Part shown: piece after piece, positions 1 through 9,509 of the stretch | How positions within the stretch are numbered: the first letter of the stretch is position 1 | Layout: each line of letters starts with the position of its first letter | From: Lama guanicoe | Lineage: Eukaryota | NCBI GenBank assembly: GCA_013239625.1 | Contig: MU053559.1 | Coordinates: 3,784,607-3,811,907, forward strand | Direction: 5' to 3' | Length of the DNA stretch: 27,301 nt | Program-made: the position numbers and the translations under genes | The notes under the pieces: generated by a model | What the model was told of the DNA's origin: nothing | The model's database searches: none | Seen by the model: the letters and a program-made list of their open reading frames with translations, nothing else

Positions 1-790
1 GGGTACAGGAGTGGGGCTGGCCAAGGGCGGAGCGGACTTTTCTACCGACTCTCGGGGGGAGTCCGAGGGCGGAGCCGATTCTTCCACCGATACCCGGGCG
101 GAGCCGGGCGCTGAGGGCGGAGCGGACCCTTGGACTGGTACTCTGGGGGAACCCGGGGGTGGAGCCGATCCTTCTACCGATGTTCGGGGACTACCTAACT
201 CAGAGAGTTCGGTGGACAGTTGAGTCGACACTGGGGAGTTCATGGGCGTACGAGGTCCCTGTATCAAACTCCAGGGGCTCCTGAGCACTCGGGGCGGGGG
301 AGGGCCTTGTATCGACGCTTGGGAGGAGTCCGACAGGACGACAGATTCTTGTCCTGAACTCCCAGGGAGGCTGAGGTCTGAGGGCGGGTAGGACCCTTGT
401 ATCGACTCTAGGGAGGAGTCCAAGAGCCGGGGGAAGTCGGGTATTGAGAACTGGCTGGACTCTTGTACTGGCAGTCGCGGGGGGTTGTTGAGGGTAGGAG
501 GTACTTCTACCGAACTCTGGGAGGAGATGGATAGTGAGGACGGGACGAGCCCAAGTAGTGACATTTGCGGAATATTACGGGATAGAGGAGGTGACATTAT
601 TCTGATGGAGTCAGGCATCGAGGGCGAGATGGATTCTTGTACCGCCGCTCTGAGGAACTTTCTGGGTATAGGAGTCCCTGCTACCCGGGGGAACCCAGGT
701 ACTGAGGATGGGCCGGACTCATGGAGGGGCAACCTGGAGGAGCCTGAGGGCGAGACAGATCCCTGTTCGGATACCCGGGGGATGCTGGTG
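1..790 (-). repeat. Degenerate coding tandem repeat, 42/48-nt units (14/16 aa, consensus about G/D-S-P-R-V-S-V-Q/E-G/E-S-A-P-P-S)
   Basis: The motif ggg(c/t)ggagc(c/g)ga recurs at 25, 67, 115 and 157 (spacings 42, 48, 42). More diverged units (SIPRVSEQGSVSPS, GSSRLPLHESGPSSVP, NPPRLPVQESSQFSIP, DSSLESIQGSYPPSDL, DSSQASIQGPPPP) extend to ~790. Confidence 0.8.
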
Positions 791-1197
791 TCCGGGTTAG
801 AGGCTGGGACGGCCCCCTCAGAGTTGGGAGAACGGGTGACAGACATGGGGATCTGGTCGCTAAGGCGGAGGGCGCCAAAGTCCCAGAGGCCAACCTTGGT
901 GTTCGGGTCAGTTGTCAGGTCAAAATCCGTGCTTATTTGGGCGGACGCGCTGGCGCTTTGGGAGTATGTCACGTCTGGTGTGGACTCGTTCGACAGGGAG
1001 CTGGAAAACAGTCCGGAGACGGTCCGCCACTCAGATTGCATGCTCCACTCGGGAGTGGAGGGCAAGGCCGTGCCCAAGGTGGAGGCCGGGTCCGGGATCT
1101 GGGCAGTGGTGTCCCCGGCTCTGGGTGGACGCTCGGCCTCGTGCCGTCTCTCGCCGCTGTTGTTGCTGGGGGAGGCCTCTGAGTTGTGGGCGCTCAT
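1..1197 (-). CDS. 5' part (>=399 aa, runs off the left edge) of a Pro/Ser-rich, repeat-containing, probably disordered protein; long uninterrupted first coding exon or intronless gene
   Basis: Manual translation: ATG at 1197-1195 (context ggaacaATGa, A at -3), in-frame TGA upstream at 1251-1249, no stop codon from 1197 down to 1. Begins MSAHNSEASPSNNSGERRHEAERPPRAGDTTAQIPDP and leaves the window at ...GSARVSVEESAPPSDSPRESVEKSAPPLASPTPVP. It lies directly downstream of a CpG-island promoter, and its internal repeat periods are multiples of 3. Confidence 0.8.
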   Translation of the reverse strand, partial: MSAHNSEASPSNNSGERRHEAERPPRAGDTTAQIPDPASTLGTALPSTPEWSMQSEWRTVSGLFSSSLSNESTPDVTYSQSASASAQISTDFDLTTDPNTKVGLWDFGALRLSDQIPMSVTRSPNSEGAVPASNPDTSIPRVSEQGSVSPSGSSRLPLHESGPSSVPGFPRVAGTPIPRKFLRAAVQESISPSMPDSIRIMSPPLSRNIPQMSLLGLVPSSLSISSQSSVEVPPTLNNPPRLPVQESSQFSIPDFPRLLDSSLESIQGSYPPSDLSLPGSSGQESVVLSDSSQASIQGPPPPRVLRSPWSLIQGPRTPMNSPVSTQLSTELSELGSPRTSVEGSAPPPGSPRVPVQGSAPPSAPGSARVSVEESAPPSDSPRESVEKSAPPLASPTPVP

Positions 1198-1750
1198 TGT
1201 TCCGGAGTGCGCGCGGGCGGCGGTGCTGGGGGCAACTTTCAGCTCTCCTCAGGCCCTCCCTCTCACAGGCGCTCGCCTCTCCCGCCCAAGCTGTTCCCGA
1301 TCCGCCCTCTCGGAGACCTGCCTCGGGAGCCCCGCCCACTTTGAGGGGGCGACGCGGCGCTGAAGCGGCCTGGCCCCGCCCTTCCCGCCTGTACGCGGCG
1401 CGCGCGCGCGTTGGGGGCGCACTCCCGCCCGGTAAGGCCGGACGACGCCACCGAAGTGGGGGTGTGGCTGGATGAAGGTGTGGGCGGGGACACGTGGGGG
1501 TTTCAACCTGGTGCTTTTATTCTTACACTTTAACTAAAATAGGACTGGGCGGAGGGCGTCGGGGGTGGGTTTAGGGAAGCCGGTACTGAAGAAAGCGGAC
1601 CCGGACCGCGAACTCGCAAGGCGCCCCCCCTCACACACCTGGTCTGGCCCCTTTGTGACGTCACAAGGGGCCGGTGAGGTCTGCGCAGTCGCGCGCCCTC
1701 CTTGTGGGGGGAGGGGTGAAGTGAGAAATGTCCCTAGGGGGAGGCTTGGC
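1198..1750. promoter_or_regulatory. CpG-island promoter/5'UTR of the minus-strand gene, possibly bidirectional
   Basis: High GC and CpG content; several GC boxes (e.g. gggcgggg 1482-1489); E-box CACGTG 1491-1496; full CRE TGACGTCA 1656-1663; (CG)6 run 1399-1410; abrupt drop to AT-rich DNA after ~1750. Confidence 0.85.
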
Positions 1751-2393
1751 AGTTATTGGTTTTCTATACGGTTTTTCAAGCTGAAGTTCTTAAAATTGAA
1801 GCAAGTAGGCGAGAAAATTAAGAACTCAGCTATCACAAATTAAGTGGGACCTGCAATTTAAAAGCGAAGGTCAAAGGATGGCTAAGTTGCAGAACCAAAT
1901 TAAAAAAGATGTGTTTCCCCATCCTACTGAAAAGAGGAATATTTACTATGTATATTTTATTGTGCATCAGCCCTTGTCTTGCTAGTTTTATCCCTTCCTT
2001 AAATTTACATCTTATCCTCCTAGAGCTGAATACGTCATCACTAGAACCCTCAAAAAGATGTAATTTTGACATGCATTCAGAGTAAATGATGAGAACTCTA
2101 GGAAGTTAACTGGTATCTGTACCCAAGTGTAAACATTTCTCCTGCCCGCCTCCTCCCAACTCCCATCTGTATCAAATAATATCTTGAAGAAACTGTAAAG
2201 AAATACAGATTTAGTTTTTTCTTTATCCAGTTTTAAGAGCTTTTACTGTCTAGCAAAGGAGTTGAGACATGACTAAATTGGTATCATTTTTATCTTAGAC
2301 TTTGAAGCAAATAAAGAGAAAGTAACGGATATAAAAAATTAAGCTCTTTCTAATGTGATTCTGTCCACCTTTCCCCTTAGTCTCATCGCTTTC

Positions 2394-2445
2394 ATTTTTT
2401 TAATTGAAGTATAGTTGGTTTACAATGTTGTATTAGTTTCTGGTC
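2394..2445 (-). mobile_element. Very short L1 3'-end fragment (cetartiodactyl type) at the tail of an L2
   Basis: T-tract followed by aattgaagtatagttggtttacaatgttgtattagtttctgg, the same L1 3' terminus as at 7977, 11542 and 17474. Confidence 0.75.
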
Positions 2446-3315
2446 ATTCAAATATTTGATTTCATATTATGTACTAGGTACAGGGCAAGGTACTTGGGAT
2501 ACACAAGGGACATGAGACAGTTGGAGACTTTCCTTGAACATACAGTCTACTAGAGGAGCTATGGAAAGAATAAACCACATGCTTGGTGTGTCAATTCAAA
2601 TTCTGATAAATATTATTTTAGAAAGGCCCATAGTGACAAGGTGTTAGGGTGTCCTGACCATTCTGGGGGTTAACTTTGGGAGGGAGTATGTAAAAATGTC
2701 CTAGAAAGAGAGAACAATGTAGATAAAGGTCCTGTGATAGAAAGAAGCATGGGTCTTTGGAATAGCTGAAAGCCAGGGGGTGGAGCTTTGGCAAGAGGAG
2801 GAGCAGTGCAGGAGACAAAGCTGCAGAGGTCAACTGGGCCAAAGTAAGATCCTTGGTCTGTATTCTAAACCAGTAGAAGCCACTGCAAGACTTTAAGAAA
2901 GGGGCAATATGACTAGATTGAACTTTGAAAAGATCTATCTGCCATGTGAATGATGGGCTGAAGGGGACAAGAGTAGATAGATACAGGGAGACAAAAGTTT
3001 GGAATTCTTCAAAGAAAGAGGTGATGATGGCTTGGGCTAAGGTCGGTGGTGTCAGTGGAGCTGGAGTGATGTGGATGTATTAGAGACATTTACAGGTAAA
3101 ATTAACCAGGACATTACAGGACTTGGTTGTGGCTAGGATTTGGAAGATCATGAGCATGTTTTTGGATATGTTGAGTTTCAAGTGCCTTTGAGACATCCAG
3201 ATGAAGGTCATAGAGTAGGCAATTGAGCATAAAGCCTGAGACTCAAAGCAGAAGTTTGGCTGCAGGTAAAAATGTGGGAGTCATATTAAATAAATAATGG
3301 GTGGAATAGATGAGC
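2446..3315 (-). mobile_element. L2 LINE 3' fragment
   Basis: Begins with a cattcaaatatttg tail-like motif. Purine-rich body with typical reverse-L2 motifs (ttttggatatgttgagtttcaagtgcctttgagacatccag; agccactgcaagactttaag). Confidence 0.75.
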
Positions 3316-3512
3316 AGAAATATGAGTATTTTCTCTCTTCATTTTACTTGTTCGTATTGTATATTTTGTTAATCTTTTGTAATAAAAACAATAAAATTAC
3401 TTTTAAGATAAATGATTGCGATCTACCCTACAAGTATTATTTCCTCCCTTTCTGACTGCAATCAAATTACTTCTCTGTGCCTGTCTCCTCAACCTTAAAA
3501 TCTCTTAAGTTG

Positions 3513-3991
3513 TTGTATTTGTCAAGGTTTGAGAAGAAAACAGCAAACTTCGATTAGATGGTTTAAAGAGAGTATGTATCATAAAGGAAGTATTTTAAAA
3601 GATGTAGGAAGATGGTTGAGAAATCCCAAGGAATAATGCATGCCCCCAGGCTGGTGATAACAGGAAGGGATCACTATAGAGGGGTGAGGAGCAGAACAGT
3701 AATCAGACCTGATGACAGATGTGTTTGGAAAGGGCTACCCGACACAAGCTGTGGTTTTTAGTTCAGGGAGGCAGTCAGCCCACAGAAAACCCACAGGGGG
3801 AGCCAGAACATATAAATACCCAACCTCCCTCTCCTCCCTCCCTTCAATCTCCTGCTGGTCCTCTCCATAACCCAGCCAGAAGCTAGGAGGTAGGAGAACC
3901 TGGTGATGCTGTCCATACAGATCAGGGGACATAATAAGCTAGAGAAAAGTGGTAAATACACCTGAAAGAGCCAAGAGAAGATACCCAGTAC
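3513..3991 (-). mobile_element. ERVL solo LTR, LTR33-like, apparently splitting a MIR (MIR-like pieces ~3465-3512 and ~3992-4050)
   Basis: Motifs aaatacccaacctccctctcctccctcccttcaatctcctgctggt and ccagaagctaggagg resemble reverse LTR33. The flanks ctctgtgcctgtctcctcaaccttaaaat and gttgtagtgagggttcaatg resemble adjacent parts of the MIR core. Confidence 0.6.
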
Positions 3992-4059
3992 TGTTGTAGT
4001 GAGGGTTCAATGTGCAAATGAATATAAAATACTTAGATAACTACTCAATACCTGCCCAC

Positions 4060-5240
4060 ATTTTAATTTCTAAAAACTCCATTATATTCATGTCATGGAC
4101 TGTAATTTACTTAACCTTTATCCTCTAACATCAAGCATTTAGTACTTTCCATTTGTTTATATATATAAAACATAGGGGCTGAACATTTTTGTACATAATA
4201 TATTGAATATATTGTACATTGTAAATTCTTAGAATATCCTTCGGCTAGAACCCTAAAAGTAAAATTCCGGGATAAGAGAGTAGTGCCATTTTTAAAGCTC
4301 TTTGATTGAAATTACCAAATTTCTTGCTAAAGAGATTGTCCAGATTTATACCTCATCAGCAACGTCTAAGAAGGGCTGTCTTCTTGCTGCCCCAACGCAA
4401 CATTAAGCAAGTTAAATTTTTAACCTTTAACTTGAAAAGTCAGCATGGCATTGCTATTCTAATCAGCATTTCTTTGACTATTAATGAAGCACTTTTTTCA
4501 TATATTTAATAGCCATTTCAATTTCTCCTGTTGTGAATGATCACCGCCTGCCTTCCTGGAGTTGATTTCTGTAAGTACTTTATATAACAAGATATTAACA
4601 ATTTGTTTGGTATTTTCACTGCAGATAGTTTTTACAACTTATATTTTTGTATTGGTTATGGCATTTTATTTATGCAGAAATTTTAATTGCATGTGATTGT
4701 ATCTATTCTTCAGTGACTTCTTCCACTGCTTTTAAACTTAGAGACCAGAAGGATAAAAATCTATGTTCTCTTTTGTTATTTGATGGTTTGATATTTTAAA
4801 ACTGGTTTATTTAATCCTAATCTACTGATATGTATTTTGTTATGTGCTGCGAACTAAATAGACAATCCACACCCACCTCCAACACGCACACAAATAGTTA
4901 AACAATCAAAACAAAACTATCTGTTGAAAAATCCTTCCATTCTCCACTGATTTGTTTCACCTCATATAACATAAATACTGAGATCTGGTTTTGAACTCTT
5001 TCTTCTGCCATGTTGAATTGCTTATTTTTGCCACGTTGCCATCAATGCCACATTGATTTTCTTACTGTTGCTTTATAGTAGGTTTTACCAGAAAGAAGGA
5101 TTAATGCCTCCCCAATACTCTTCTTTACAAGTTATTTATTATATTCTTGCATATTATTTCCATTAATATGTTCTTATATATTTAAATACATTTTAGTATC
5201 ATTCCATCCATTAAAAACTCTTTTTGGTTAATTGAATCAA
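4060..5240 (-). mobile_element. Ancient L1 (L1ME-like) 3' region, highly degraded
   Basis: T-rich, with reverse-L1 motifs such as tgaacatttttgtacat, gcatttctttgactattaatgaagc and atctgttgaaaaatccttccattctccactga. Confidence 0.65.
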
Positions 5241-5293
5241 GATGATGGTTATTCCTAAACACGAATCTAGGACATTTACATGTGGCAGTCTCA

Positions 5294-5428
5294 GGGGGAA
5301 GGGCATAGCTCAAGCGGTAGAGCACATGCTTAGCATGCATGAGGTCCTGGGTTCAATCCCCTGTACCTCCTCTAAAAATAAATAAACCTAATTACCCCCC
5401 CAAGTAAAATAAATAAATAATACAATAT
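5294..5428 (+). mobile_element. tRNA-Ala-derived SINE, camelid Vic-1 type, full length with TSD
   Basis: Pol III A box TAGCTCAAGCGG (5306-5317), B box GGGTTCAATCCC (5349-5360), AGC anticodon-like loop and an A-rich tail. Exact 14-bp target-site duplication atgtggcagtctca at 5280-5293 and 5429-5442. Confidence 0.92.
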
Positions 5429-5599
5429 ATGTGGCAGTCTCATTTAACATCTTTTTTTTAAGATGTCTTAATTTTCAAGTTACTTACAGGAAACTGTTTT
5501 ATTTATCTCCAAAATAAAATAATTTTGTGAGGATGAGTGTTGAGTGTGTGTTTGTGTGTGGTTTCAATCTGTGGATTTTTTCATTTTGGGTTTTTTTTT

Positions 5600-6050
5600 A
5601 ATCCCCATGCTAGGACAGTTTTTCTTCTACTCTTACTTGGACTACTGCATCTGTTTTATGTGTTTTTTTTCCTGAGAAACACCTATAGTTATGTTATTAG
5701 GGCATCTTTCTATGTCTTTATCATTATTGTCATCTCTTCATCCTTTTTCTCTGAATTCTGAGAGAGCCAGTCACCTGTACCCTTTATATTACTCATTTAA
5801 TTTTCTGCAGTTAACTAATTCTGTTCTTTACTGCTTGTACTGTAGGTTTTGACTATGCCATTTCAGTTAGATTTTTTAAAAACTTTAAATTCTTATTTCA
5901 TCCAACTCATTTTTTATTTATGCCATGTATCTCTCAGTATATTTTTTTCCTTTTGACTTGCTGATTTTCTTTCTCAGGGACCTAGTTTTATGCATTTTCT
6001 GGGGACAGCATCCGCTGTTTTTGAGAATGCTCTTCTCTGTCTGCAGGTAT
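5600..6050 (-). mobile_element. Ancient L1/HAL1-like fragment
   Basis: Very T-rich, with ttctctgaattctgagagag and ttttctgcag-type motifs typical of reverse old L1 ORF1 regions. Boundaries approximate. Confidence 0.4.
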
Positions 6051-6069
6051 GTATTGCACTCCCATACAT

Positions 6070-6450
6070 TGCTAGTTCAAGTGCAGGATGGTACCACTCC
6101 TGTGGAGAGGAATTCAGTAATATCTAACAAAATCATGTATGCCCATATGTATGAAACTGGTTGCATACATTGATAAGCCTACATGATGAAACACTATGCA
6201 GCCATTAAAGAAAAGAAGGAAGATGGTTTCTAGGAACTGATATGACTGATTTTAAGAATATACGATAAAATCAAGGTATGAAAAAAGTACATAATATATC
6301 TTTATGTGTGTTTTTGTACCTTTGTGTAAAAAATGTATTTGCAAAAAGAAACATAGGAAGGATAAATCATAAATGGAGAAATGTATCAGAATGCAATGGA
6401 GGGGCACGGATGGGAGTAAGATTTCTCTGAGTATTCTTTTTTAAATAGTG
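6070..6450 (+). mobile_element. Ancient L1ME-like 3' fragment, sense orientation
   Basis: ggtaccactcctgtggagaggaattcagtaatatctaacaaaat and gaaacactatgcagccattaaag are typical L1 ORF2-end/3'UTR motifs. Confidence 0.65.
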
Positions 6451-6794
6451 CCATTCCCATTAGGGGTCTTCATGAGTTCAACTAAACCTCCAGACTCACA
6501 AAACTACCATGGGCTACATTTGGCATCTCACGCTTAACTTTTGGGAGAGTGGATTGGTACTCAGAACAACTAAACATGCAACAATAAAGAATTGCTTAGT
6601 AATAGGTCACAAAAATGCCACTGGAGATCATGTAGTCCTCAAAACTTATGTTTACACAGAATTTCTTCATGGCATGAGAAAACTATTATAAGATTGAGCA
6701 ACAAAAAGCATGATAAAAATGTAAATGGCAGGTGGTCTCAATTGTATAAACTAAAATGTGTAGGATGGAGAATCACTGAAACATTAAGCTAAAA

Positions 6795-6935
6795 ATTTTA
6801 GTTTGATTTTGAAATAATTATAGACTCACAGCAAGTTGCAAAAAATAGTAGAGAGAGATCCAGTGTACCCTTTACTCAGCTTCCCCCAACGGTAGCATCT
6901 TATGTAATCACAGTACTTTATCAAAACCAGGAAAT
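6795..6935 (-). mobile_element. L1MC/MD-like 3' end fragment
   Basis: ttttgaaataattatagactcacagcaagttgcaaaaaatagtagagagagatcc...tcaaaaccaggaaat resembles a reverse L1MC/MD terminus. Confidence 0.65.
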
Positions 6936-7060
6936 GTACTTACATAGGTTGGTACAGGTTCAGTGTACCATTTACTCAGGTTCCTCCAACGATAACATCT
7001 TATGTAACCATAGTTCTTTATCAAAACCAGGAAATGTATTTACATAGGTCGGTACATGCT
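6861..7060. repeat. 100-bp tandem duplication (2 copies)
   Basis: 6861-6960 and 6961-7060 align without gaps, with 12 mismatches in 100 nt by manual count. Confidence 0.95.
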
Positions 7061-7441
7061 CAACCAGGAACACTGTAGTTATTTCTGAATGAAAGTCCGT
7101 ATTAAGTCCTTAGCAGTCATCCTTGACTTACATACATATCACTATTGAAATGTTAACACTTTAGTTTTTTTAAATATTGTTATTTGGTAAAATCTGAGTA
7201 AGGGCGGTAGCCTAGTTAGTTGTATTGTCAATATCAATTTCCCGGTTTGGCCCTCCACTCTCCTCTCCTCTTTGTCTCCCCCCCCCACCACTCCCAATAC
7301 ACACATTCTGTGAACCACCAGCAAGAGTACAATGTTTCATTATGTAATTTTTTTTTTTTTACTGTGCTGCTTCTTGGGCTTCATTCTCCCTCTATGTGAA
7401 TTTTTGCCTGGATATTCTCTATTCGTTCTTCTAGACCAAAT
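7027..7441 (+). repeat. Copy A of an old ~400-bp dispersed direct duplication (copy B at 13936-14320)
   Basis: Collinear shared blocks: accaggaaat, ggtacatgctca, catccttgactta, catatcactattgaaatg, aatattgttatttggtaaaatc, accagcaagag, tgggcttcattctccctct, tgcctggat. Confidence 0.9.
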
Positions 7442-7451
7442 CTCCAAATGA

Positions 7452-7890
7452 GGCTGCTGCAGATCGGGTTCTCTGGGAAGCAGATACTGAGTTGGAACTA
7501 ACGATGCAAAGGGTTTGTTAGGAGTAACATCTGTGAAAGGAAATGGGCACTAGCAGGATTGGCCAGGAGCTGGCAGATAGCTATGTAGATCTAACAGCCT
7601 CTGTCGGCTCAGCGAGAGCTCCAAGCAAAGGATGCCCTTTAGAGGAGCCCTGCATTGGGTGGGAATGGCCAGTCCAGAGTACAAACGCCTGGCTGTCATT
7701 CACTGCGAGTTGCCCTAAGACTGCTTTTGCTTAATCACTGACTTGCACTTTCTTCTCCAAGAATATTGTGAAGTAGGCTCCAAAGCTGAGGCAGATCCTG
7801 AAGAAAATCACACCTAGAAACTAGCAGTTAACCACATGCCTCACTTCTGAGAAGAATCCTTTCTTGAAGGGGAAAATGATTGGCACATGC
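7452..7890 (-). mobile_element. ERVL solo LTR, LTR16-like
   Basis: Starts gggttctctgggaagcagatactgag and contains agctgaggcagatcctgaag and cctttcttgaagggga, characteristic of reverse LTR16. Confidence 0.7.
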
Positions 7891-7901
7891 CTGTCACAGC
7901 A

Positions 7902-8421
7902 CCTGGCCGCTTCCTGGGCATGTGACCCGTGCAGTCTCCCAGGGTCCCACATTCAGAAAGGCCCTGCCATTGTTTTTGTTTGTTTGTTTTGTATTGAAGT
8001 ATAATCAGTTTACAATGTTGTATCAATTTCTGGTGTACAGCATAATTCTTCAGTCATACATATATATACATATATTCCTTTTCATATTCTTTTTTCATTA
8101 TAGGTTACTACAAGATATTGAATCTAGTTCCTTGTGCTGTACAGAAGAAAGCTGATGTTCATCTATTTTCCTGCCATTGTTTTAATGCCCTGCCATCACT
8201 GTCTTGAAACTCTTAATCATTTTGTCTTTGAACTTGTGTTTTGTGAGCGAAGCCCAATGAGACAATGGCACATACTCGTGAACTGAGGAGATAAGCACAA
8301 AATTCATGTACTCTATTCTTTATCACCTCATTTGCATGTAACATTAGTGATGCCTTTTTTGAACAAGGGATTTTGCATTCTCATTTTGCACTGGGCCATG
8401 CAAATTATGAATCTAGCCCTG
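7902..8421. mobile_element. Non-autonomous hAT-Tip100 DNA transposon (MER91/Zaphod-like), interrupted by a short L1
   Basis: Left part gcttcctgggcatgtgacccgtgcagtc...cagaaaggccctg and right part tttgaacaaggga...cattttgcactgggccatgcaaattatg...gccctg match recalled MER91A features. Confidence 0.65.
7977..8169 (-). mobile_element. 5'-truncated L1 3' end (cetartiodactyl type) with TSD
   Basis: (TTTG)n-derived tail, then attgaagtataatcagtttacaatgttg. Exact 14-bp TSD cctgccattgtttt at 7963-7976 and 8170-8183, ending at a TTTT/AA endonuclease site. Confidence 0.9.
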
Positions 8422-8693
8422 ACAATAGCCCTCCTTCACCAGGCTCCAATCCTGAATAAATGTCTATCCTCTGATCCTACCCTACTGTGAATATTACATC
8501 TTCTACTGCACATAGTATAAATATATTAAAATTGCCTGTTCATGTATCTGTTGCTACATTATGGAGTACTAATTTTTTTTAGTATTCTCTACTCTTAAAA
8601 AGCATAAATTCCAAGAATTTATACATTGTTTCTGTTCTTTTATCTGACTTTCTCCCTCTTAACTTTCTACCCATCTCATACTCCATTGTAAAT

Positions 8694-9062
8694 TGTTAAA
8701 AAAGAAAATTCAGTAAATAGTTAAGATCTTATTGGCTTTATTCAATGATTCATGAATCAGGAAGCATCCAATCTGGCAAGGAGCACCAAGGCTCTGTACA
8801 AAATAAATGACTTTTATAGGCAGAAGGGAGCAGGAAAAAGAAAATTATATAGGCAAAAAAAGCATAATGGTGATTGCAAGGTTACTTTCCCTCAGGGGAT
8901 AACAGGGGTCTAGCTAAGTAACCCAACTAGTGCTTATCAGGCAATTCCTAATTGGCTAGTTTAAGATTCCATTTCTAGGAGAGCTGAAATTGTGATTAAG
9001 TCTAATATGATGACGTGGGGCTTAGCATAGGTGATCCCATTTTGGGCCTGTTGTTTTTAACA
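8694..9062 (-). mobile_element. ERV1 solo LTR, MER41/MER57-like
   Basis: TGTTAA...TTAACA termini; 4-bp TSD aaat (8690-8693 and 9063-9066); reverse-complement homologous to the LTR at 20876-21266. Confidence 0.85.
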
Positions 9063-9089
9063 AAATGAAAAGATTACTGTGATTATCTT

Positions 9090-9509
9090 TGTGGAAGAGA
9101 CAGTTATCCCCCAATATTGTTTTCCTTTCTTGCTTAGAAATAGAACCCACAGTTTTTGCTGCTCAGAATAAAGGCTGTCATTTCCCAGCCTCCCTTGTAG
9201 CCGAGTGTGACTAAGTTGTGGCAAATAGATGTAATGGGAAATATCATGTGAAACTCCCAGGAAGTTTTCTTAAAGGAAGTGATTGTCCCCTTATCTTTCC
9301 TTCCTATTACCTGGAATATAGATGTGAAGGCTGGAATTCATGTTGCTGTCTGGAAGCATGAGGTAAAAGGAGGCTGGCAGAGTAATAAGTTGGAAGGAAT
9401 CTGTGCATTTCTAGACTTCTTTTACATGAGAGATACACTTCTTTTTGTTTAAGCCATTGTTATTTGGGGTTTTCAGTCACAAGCAGTTGAACTTAATCCT
9501 TCTGATCTA
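9090..9509 (+). mobile_element. MaLR solo LTR, MLT1I/J-like
   Basis: catttcccagcctcccttgtagc, cctggaatatagatgtgaaggctgga and a 3' ttgtttaagccattgttatttgggg motif. Confidence 0.75.

Noticed and set aside
1..200. Regularly spaced repeats as a CRISPR-like array
   Set aside because: Eukaryotic DNA; the units are in-frame degenerate coding repeats without unique spacers or cas genes.
1..1197. Assignment to MAGEE1/MAGEE2/MAGEL2, RTL-family, EZHIP or GNAS-XL
   Set aside because: Architecture is loosely similar, but neither the N-terminus nor the repeat consensus matches my recollection of those proteins; no symbol assigned.
485..1363. 292-aa + strand ORF (and 11-223 in the same frame)
   Set aside because: Starts at a non-ATG codon and the frame is broken by stops at 221-223 and 389-391. 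It reads as the antisense shadow of the longer, stop-free minus-strand ORF in GC-rich DNA.
912..1843. Overlapping short ORFs across the left CpG island
   Set aside because: Expected by chance in GC-rich sequence; Arg/Gly/Pro-rich without recognisable domains.
5294..5370. tRNA-Ala-like gene
   Set aside because: Has an A-rich tail and a target-site duplication, so it is a SINE head rather than a tRNA gene.
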